Shown here piece after piece: positions 35,286 to 43,184 of a DNA stretch of 43,184 nt. The notes under the pieces were generated by a model. The model worked only from the letters and a program-made list of their open reading frames with translations. It was not told where the DNA came from and searched no databases. Each line of letters starts with the position of its first letter. Position 1 is the stretch's first letter. Made by a program: the position numbers and the translations under genes. This DNA is from Neocallimastix sp. 'constans' (Eukaryota), in assembly GCA_050613775.1 (NCBI GenBank), contig JBODTK010000150.1:372001-415184 (forward strand), given 5' to 3'.

Positions 35286-37424
35286 TTAATATTTTGATTT
35301 TTTTACTTCTCTTTCATCATTCGATGAAAAAGACTCCTCATCTGAATCATGATTCCTTTTTCTTTTATCACTATTTCCATTATTTTCATTATTACTATTG
35401 GAAATTCTATCACCATATTCATTTGAAAGCATTTCACTATATATATTACTTCTATATTTTTCTTGATCCTTTGAATTCACTGTAGGATTTTGATGAGGAG
35501 GTTGATGATTCATATTATTAGCATGTGGAGGTCTATTGTGTGAACTTTGTTGCACAGGTATTCTTTGTTGTTGTTGTTGTGGAGGAGCTTGATGATGTAT
35601 ACCACGTTTTTTATCTATTTCTCTTTGTTTCCAATTATTCCTTATAATTTGTGTATGTTCTAAAAGCTTTATATATATATATATGATTTTATTTTAATTT
35701 ATTTTTTATATATATTAAATAGAATAATAATAAATTATATTAAAAAAAAAGTTGAATTTATAATTTATATTATAAAATTATACAACAATATTTTTTTATA
35801 TAAACATGTTTATAGATAATACATTACAAATAAAAATAAAAATAAAAATAAAAATAAAAAAAAAATGAAAATTAATAGATATATATATATTAAATTATTA
35901 CTATTATTATTATTACTATTATTAAATATATTTATACATACTTCATCTTTTTCAACATTATCCTCAATACTTTTTATAATTTTTTTTACAATGGATTCAT
36001 GATTTGCATTTTCTTTATCTTCTCTAAATCTCATAAAATGCCAACAATTATTTTCAAAATAACATTCAATAATTTTTCCTTCTGGAGGGTTTTTTTCCCA
36101 TCTAATTATAAATATATATATTGTATTCATTTAAATAAATAAATTATAATAATAATAATAAAGTGAAGATATTTATTTAAAGGTTATTACAATATTGTAT
36201 TATATTAAATAAATTTAAAAAGATATATATATATATATAAACAGAAAATGATAACAATAATAGTTTTATTAAATGAATTGATATAAAAGTATAAAATAAT
36301 AATAGCAATAATAATACAATATCAAATAATTTAATATTCAAAATAAAATGTATATTATTTAATTTTAAATAAAATTATTTATATATACTAACTCCTCTTG
36401 CATTTCTGGATTATCTATAGTTAAATCGGCATAATAAAAATGATTTTTCTCACCACCCCATATATTTAAGGTAAATCTATGTTCTTCTTTTATATAATGA
36501 ACCTTAAAGTCAATTGAATTTTCTCTTATAGGTTTCCATTTAAGCCTATTTCATACAATATATGGTAAAATAGTATAAATCAGTAATAATATTATAAATA
36601 TAAATGACAAATAGATTAATTTATATAATTTTTTTTTTTTTTTAGTGTAAAGTTACATACATTTTATTACAATTTCCTGATATATAAGGTGAACTTTCAG
36701 ATGTAAATATTAAACCATCACTTTTATGTTTTAATAGTTTCTGTTCTTCAAAAACATCATTCATACGATAAGAAAGATGAAGCTTCTTTAATTCTACTCT
36801 AATAGTTTTTCAATAAAATTATATACATAATAGTAATAAATGGTAATAAAAAAGTAATAAAATAATTACTAAATAGTAATAATAATAATTTATTAATTTT
36901 TAAATAATTAAAATTTTCTTTATATATATAATTATTATTATATTTATATAATATAAAAATAAATATAATACTTTCTATTAAGTTATATTATTCAATACTT
37001 ACGAAAAAGGTACATTTTTTGCATATTCAGGATTATATTGTAAATATTTTTTATATGGATTAAGTATATAATTTGTCAAATACTTTTTTGAACAAAATAA
37101 CACGAAGAATTATAATAATAATATTGATAATAATTATATATAGATATAGATAAGAAAAAGAAGAAAAAAAAAAGTATATGTATGTGTATAATATATTATA
37201 TACATGAATAATATATATATATATATATTAGTAAATAGTATTTTGAAATTTAATTTTCCTTTTTTTTAAAAAAAAAAAAAAAAATCTTTATTATCTTCTT
37301 TTTATACATAATACATACACCTAAACGTTTACTATATTCTCTTCCTGCTAAATATTCACCATTATATACTACAAGATCAAAAATCAAAAATCTTAATTTA
37401 GTCTTTATTTAATTATAATAGACA

Positions 37425-37465
<41 letters not shown>

Positions 37466-38622
37466 GAAAAATAAAGAAAGAAAAAAAAAAGAAAAGTAAA
37501 TATTAATGAAACGTAATTTATAATTCAAAATCATGTATAATATATATAAATTTTAATTAAAATAATATATACATGAAAGATTTTCAATATTTATAATTAT
37601 TTATAAATTAGAAATATAATAAGTTTTAAATTTTAATTTATTTTTTAAAATATAATGTATATTAAACTATATATAAATATTTGTTTGTACCTCTCCATTT
37701 TCAAGTTCATCCAAAACTAATTCACCATCAATAATGGTATTATCATGAAATTTTCTAAAAGTGTTATCATTAGGTTCAGGAAACCATAAATTACCAACAT
37801 ATTTATATTTATTTTTTCTATCAATCTTTACAATGAATATTATTTTTTTTTTTTTTTTTATTTTATTTTATTTTTGTTTTAAATAACATTTTTATTTGAA
37901 AAAATAATAATAATATTAAACAATATGTTCAACAAATGACAAATTTTTTAAAAAAAAAATAAATAAATAAAATGAGATAATTGATATTTAATTAATAATA
38001 CATCAAAGAAGATATATAATATTTAAAAGGCATAATTTCAATAAATTATTATTTAATTTATATACATATGAATATTTATTAATATTATTTTTATTTTATT
38101 TATTTTTTTTTTATATATTAATTAATAATATTAAGATATATATATATATACCAAAAATGCTTCCATTTTATTTTCAATATTTTTACAAACAAACAAAAGG
38201 CAACGAATACCATCAGCTTTTTCACTTACAAAATAGTTTTCATTTTCTAATTCTGAAAAATGTTCATTACTAAAACTTATAGGTTGTGCTCCAGGGAATC
38301 TTTGTTATTGATATATTTAAAAATATATATAAATGGAGTTATTAACTATTTAATAATTCTTAAATCATTATACTATTTTGTTATATTTTTCATCATTATT
38401 ATTGCTTTATTTAAATATTTTTTAAAAAAAAAAATAATAATAATTATAAGAGCAATAAGAGCGGAAAATAAATTTAAAAAAATTAAAAATTGAAAGACAA
38501 ATAAAAAAAAAAAAAAAGATATACCTATGATGTTTTACTTTCATTAAATTTGCAACCTGTCGTATTTTCTCTCTTTCATATGCAGCATCTAAAGAACTGC
38601 CTGGTATATCAGGTATGGCCAT
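35286..38622 (-). CDS. CEG1: mRNA capping enzyme guanylyltransferase (alpha subunit), 9 exons: 38525-38622, 38152-38299, 37691-37825, 37319-37402, 37003-37082, 36661-36798, 36393-36545, 35942-36101, 35286-35666
   Basis: Manual splicing at GT-AG gives FPGAQP, motif I EKADG, IIDGELV, FLIFD, SDGLIF, LKWKP..NSIDF and WHFMRFREDK..AN. Confidence 0.92.
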
Positions 38623-38872
38623 TATAATAAATCAATTTTTTTTTTTTCTTTCTTTTTCATAAATTTAATTTACATAAATATATATATATATGTATATGTT
38701 TGTAAAGATGTGATAATCCAATCACATTTTAAATTAAAAATTTTTCTTGTGTAATTCAAAAATGTCAATTATTCTTTGATTCATAAAATAATAAATAAAG
38801 TAAATAAATCATATGAACTGAATTTTTTAATTATATTCCTTAAGCCACAAGACAAATTTTTAATGTAACATA

Positions 38873-40909
38873 GAGGGTGTGTCATTTCGAAAATTTTTAT
38901 TACAAAAATTTGTATTTTGTTGTATGGCTTAAATATTTTTAATTTTAAGCCACTTAATTTTATTAAAATTTTAATGAATAATAATTAATTAATTAATTAA
39001 AATTACAATTCTCAAAAATTTTCAAACACGTAATCTTACGTGGGGCGTATATCTAATTGTATTATAATTTTGTGGTTTTTTTCTACAATTTTTAAAAAGC
39101 CATATATTCACAATATGGCGTGAATAATAATTATGGTGATATTTTATGACATAAATTTATAAGCCACCAAGAATTTGGCGAAATACAACACTTCAATAAA
39201 TAATAATTAGGTTAGGTATTTATATTTAACATTAAAAAATAAAAATAAAAATAAGAAATAAGAAAACTTTTTTTTTAAACATTGAAAAATAAAATAAAAA
39301 TAATAAGAAAACTTTTTTTTTAAATATTAAAAAATAAAATAAAAATAAAAAAATAAAATAAAATAAAAAAATAAAATAAAATAAAAAAATAAAAAAATAA
39401 ATAAAAATAAATAAATAAAATAGTAAATAAAGAAATAATAAATAATTAATAATTAAATAATTATTTAAATAATTATATAATTAATTAAAAAAAGGTTTAT
39501 TATTTTAAATATTTAAAAAAAAAAAAAAGTTTCAAAGCATTTAAAAGTATATTTATTAAAATATTTTATTGAAAAATTTTAATTATCAATGGTAGACAAT
39601 ATAGAAATTGAAATAAGTGAAACAAATCGAGGGAATGAACAAATTATTATTAATAAAAAACACAAATTTAATTTTTCATTTCAAAAGATAAATCAATAAT
39701 TTATATATGCACTGAATATAAGACTTTAAATAAATGTAAATCTTTAATTATTTTAAATGATAAAAAGGAGGTTTTAAAATATGAAAGTTTACATAACCAT
39801 CTTGAAAAAGAAATTGATGTGTCTGTATCAGTAGCAAAGCATAAAATTAAGGAAGAAATTAAGAAAAATTCAATTTCTATGGATATAAAACTTAAACATA
39901 TATTTAATGCCGTTTCTCAAGAAATGGGACTTATATATCCCGAATATAGTACAATTAGATCCAAAATAATAAGAAATATAAATAAACAATTTCCTCCAAA
40001 CATAAAAAGTTTTGATGATATTCCCATTGAATCAAAATATTATAAATGGTAAAGAAATGAAAATTTTATAATATTTAAAAATACTGATCTAATAATCTTT
40101 CAATCACCATTCCAAGCATATTTATTTTCGAATTATCATAAAAATATATTTGCGGACGGTACATTTTATGCAGCACCGAAATTTAGTTATTAGTTATTTA
40201 TAACAAGAACTTATGTTGGGGAATTTAATATGCTTTACACTACTTCCATTTCTATATTAAAAATAAAAAACAATCTACATATGAAACATTATTTAAAGAA
40301 ATAAAAAAAATGCAAATAAATTTAGGAGTAATACATTAATTACTACAATTAATTTTCATTGTGATTTTGAACAAGGTATATCTAATGCCGAAAAAAAAAG
40401 TTTTTCCCAATATAAATATTAAATATTGTGTTTGGCATTACAAAAGATCATTAGAAAAACAAAAAAATATATTATGTTATCATGAAGTGAAGAATAATAA
40501 TTATGTATATATTTATTATAAAGCTATTTCGAACTTACAGTTTATAAATCCTAACTATATATTTGATATTTATGTTATAATAAAAAGAATTTGTCAAAAA
40601 AAAAGTATAATAATTTTCTACAATTTTTAGAATATTTTAATAAAAATTATTTACTTAAGTATAATGTTAATAATTGGAATTATTATGAAAATATAGAGCA
40701 TTTAACAAACAGTGCATCAGAATCATATAATAGCTACTTAAATAATATATTTCCAAATAAACCTTTATTTTATAAATTAATATATATATTAAAAGAAGAA
40801 GAAAACTTATCTTATAATGATTACCAAAGGAGAACTAAAGGAACTTGGAAAAAAAAGCAAAAAATATTTAGTGCAACTGATGAAATTAAAATTATTCTAT
40901 TAAAAAAAA
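38873..40909 (+). mobile_element. Mutator/MULE DNA transposon, decayed and interrupted
   Basis: Candidate terminus GAGGGTGTGTCATTTCG; transposase remnants; boundary approximate. Confidence 0.7.
39589..40909 (+). pseudogene. MULE transposase pseudogene
   Basis: FADGTFY, CDFE, CVWHY and TNSASESYN motifs across multiple frameshifts. Confidence 0.85.
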
Positions 40910-43184
40910 TGTAGTTGTTATTAACTATTTTGCAGTTAATAACTAATAAAAAGAATTTTTATAATAAAGAGATTAATAAAAGAATTTTTTTTTTTTTAAT
41001 AAAATAAATTTCATTTGAATATTATTATTGATAGTGTTGTTTTTGTTTTTTTTTGTAATTGTAATCTGCTCCATAAGGAACATTTTACAATAACAACTAC
41101 ATTGTTAAAAAAAGTAGAGAACTACCTGTTAGAAAACTACCACTTGAAGAATTACTAAGAGAAGAAACAAGAAGTAATAATAGAAGAAGTACTATTTGAA
41201 GAAGTACTAATTATAATCGCATCCATTAAGTCGCCGCCGTGATTACTAATTATATTGGAATATTTAAGATTATTTTTATTTAAACTTATTATTATTATAA
41301 TAATTTTGTTTACTCGACGGGCACCATTTCAAGCGGTTAGAGCCAAGTCGACTTTACATAATATTATTATAATAGTAAATTTAAATAAAAATAATAATGG
41401 TATATAAGAATTCTTTTAATTAAAAAAAAAAAAAAAAAAAAAAAATTTTTTTTTCAAAGTGGAAGAACTTAATATTAGGCTAAGAAACTTCCACATTGAA
41501 GATATGGCGGAACGTGGACGAGAAGAAAAACGGAAGGTCAGCAAGCCACCGATTTTTAACGGTGAAAGAAAAGAACTTAAATGGTTCATCACAATTGTAA
41601 ATATGAACTATGAGGATACCCCAGATGACTTTCCAGACGATAGATCAAAAGTTAGATTTATAACCTCATTCTTAAGAGGTGATCCTTTAAATTGGGCCTC
41701 AAAACTATGGGATAATGAAGATCTCTTGATCGATAATTTAGATAATTTTAAGAGGGAACTTAAAATTAATTATGGGGATCCAGAAGTGGAGACAATTGTG
41801 GCTAATGGTAAATTAGATACCATTCGTCAGAAAAAATATAGGCAAGTGTTAGAATATATTAATCAGTTCAAAACAACTTGCCAAAATTCGGACTTCAACG
41901 AATCAGCCAAAATTTATATGTTTCTTAAAGGATTACATTACAAAATGAGGGAACAATTAGCCGTTGTTAACCCAAATCCAGATTCCCTTAACAAGTTGTA
42001 TACTGATGTAATTCAAATTGAAAATCTGTCAAAGCGAACTAATCTTGTTGAATTCTATTATAATCAACAACGAGTTAGAAATTCGCAACAAAACAGTAAC
42101 CACAACCAGAGAAATAGTAGTCGTCGTGATGATCCTATGGATTTTGATTTATATAGGATCAAAAATGATAGATATAGAAGATACACCCAGAACTATAATC
42201 AAAATTTATATGTTGAAAATAAAAGAGACTTTTCTGAAGAAAAGAAAAAAGGTCTTTGTTTTTTATGTAAACAACCAGGACACTTACAGTTTAATTGTCC
42301 TAACAAAAAAAGACCTTCTGGAGTTAAACACAAGAATAAAATTAGAGAAACCGATGAAAATCTTCCATCGGCAAAATTAAGAAGAATTAGGATGATCAAA
42401 GAATCCGATGATGCTCAAAAAATTAGAGCTATTACTGATGAAGAAAATGCTATGAATAAAAGAAAGAACAATATAATTACTTTCTATATAAAAACGAATG
42501 ATATTGAAGAAATTCCAGTTAGGGTTCTTATCGACTCTGGCTCAGATTTGAATTTTATTCATCCAACGTTCGTTAATAAAAACAAAATTAAATTGAATGA
42601 AGTTAAAAGATCTTTCAATGTTACTGGACTATCTACTATCTACGAACAAACAGAAAAGTGTATCTTACGATTCAAGAACCATTTTGAAGTTATTCAATTC
42701 TATACACTTTATATTACTGATGTAGATATCATTTTAGGTATTCCTTGGATTGAAAAGCATTGTCCAATGAATTATCATGATTCAAGAAAAATATCCTTTC
42801 CTTCTGGTTATTGCGCTAGGAACTGTAATAATGGTAAAAGAAAAAGAAAAAAACAAAAATAGAAGCAAGAAAGGTTCAAAGAAGTGTAAGATCGATATCG
42901 AACCTGTAGAAGAAAATTCCTATGAGCCAAGTACTCCATATACGTGTAAACCCCTTTGGGATTCCGAATCAGAAAGCGAAGCTGAATACGTCCGTGGAAG
43001 AAAAGTTAGAACCATTAATGATAGTGATAGTGATAGTGATAGTGATAATATTAATATTAGTGTTAAAGATAATGATTGTAGTAAAGAAAAAATTAACTTA
43101 CAAAAAATTAACTTACAAATAATGGAAATAACATATTGTGATTTCCCGCTAAGATTATATTCATTAGAAAGCTACGGACGAGAA
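40910..43184 (+). mobile_element. Gypsy element 4 (Tf1/sushi-like), 5' portion; LTR 40910-41101
   Basis: 11-bp terminal inverted repeat TGTAGTTGTTA...TAACAACTACA; inserted into the MULE coding sequence. Confidence 0.87.
41459..42862 (+). CDS. Gag-protease fused in frame (probably continuing past a frameshift to the window end)
   Basis: P..FNG..LRG..L.W capsid, PMD, CFLCKQPGHLQFNC, LIDSGS, ILGIPW. Confidence 0.88.
   Translation: MEELNIRLRNFHIEDMAERGREEKRKVSKPPIFNGERKELKWFITIVNMNYEDTPDDFPDDRSKVRFITSFLRGDPLNWASKLWDNEDLLIDNLDNFKRELKINYGDPEVETIVANGKLDTIRQKKYRQVLEYINQFKTTCQNSDFNESAKIYMFLKGLHYKMREQLAVVNPNPDSLNKLYTDVIQIENLSKRTNLVEFYYNQQRVRNSQQNSNHNQRNSSRRDDPMDFDLYRIKNDRYRRYTQNYNQNLYVENKRDFSEEKKKGLCFLCKQPGHLQFNCPNKKRPSGVKHKNKIRETDENLPSAKLRRIRMIKESDDAQKIRAITDEENAMNKRKNNIITFYIKTNDIEEIPVRVLIDSGSDLNFIHPTFVNKNKIKLNEVKRSFNVTGLSTIYEQTEKCILRFKNHFEVIQFYTLYITDVDIILGIPWIEKHCPMNYHDSRKISFPSGYCARNCNNGKRKRKKQK

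Overview
Very AT-rich eukaryotic DNA. The composition, short GT-AG introns and fungal-type capping enzyme suggest an anaerobic gut fungus (Neocallimastigomycota); this is an inference. Bases 1-32040 are about 20 Ty3/Gypsy LTR-retrotransposon insertions from roughly 10 LTR families: three near-full-length elements, one truncated element and many solo LTRs. They abut end to end with only 2-8 nt between them. The spacers can be peeled apart as overlapping 4-5 bp target-site duplications (TSDs) that all start within positions 1-4 of one fixed flank (TAGT). This implies repeated, position-specific integration next to a landmark left of the window, giving a polarised, chronologically ordered array (newest on the left). 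One LTR family carries a covarying ENE-like motif plus a pseudoknot. To the right lie a truncated Ty1/Copia element (-), a 9-exon mRNA guanylyltransferase gene (CEG1-like, -), a decayed MULE transposase and the 5' part of a Tf1/sushi-type Gypsy element.
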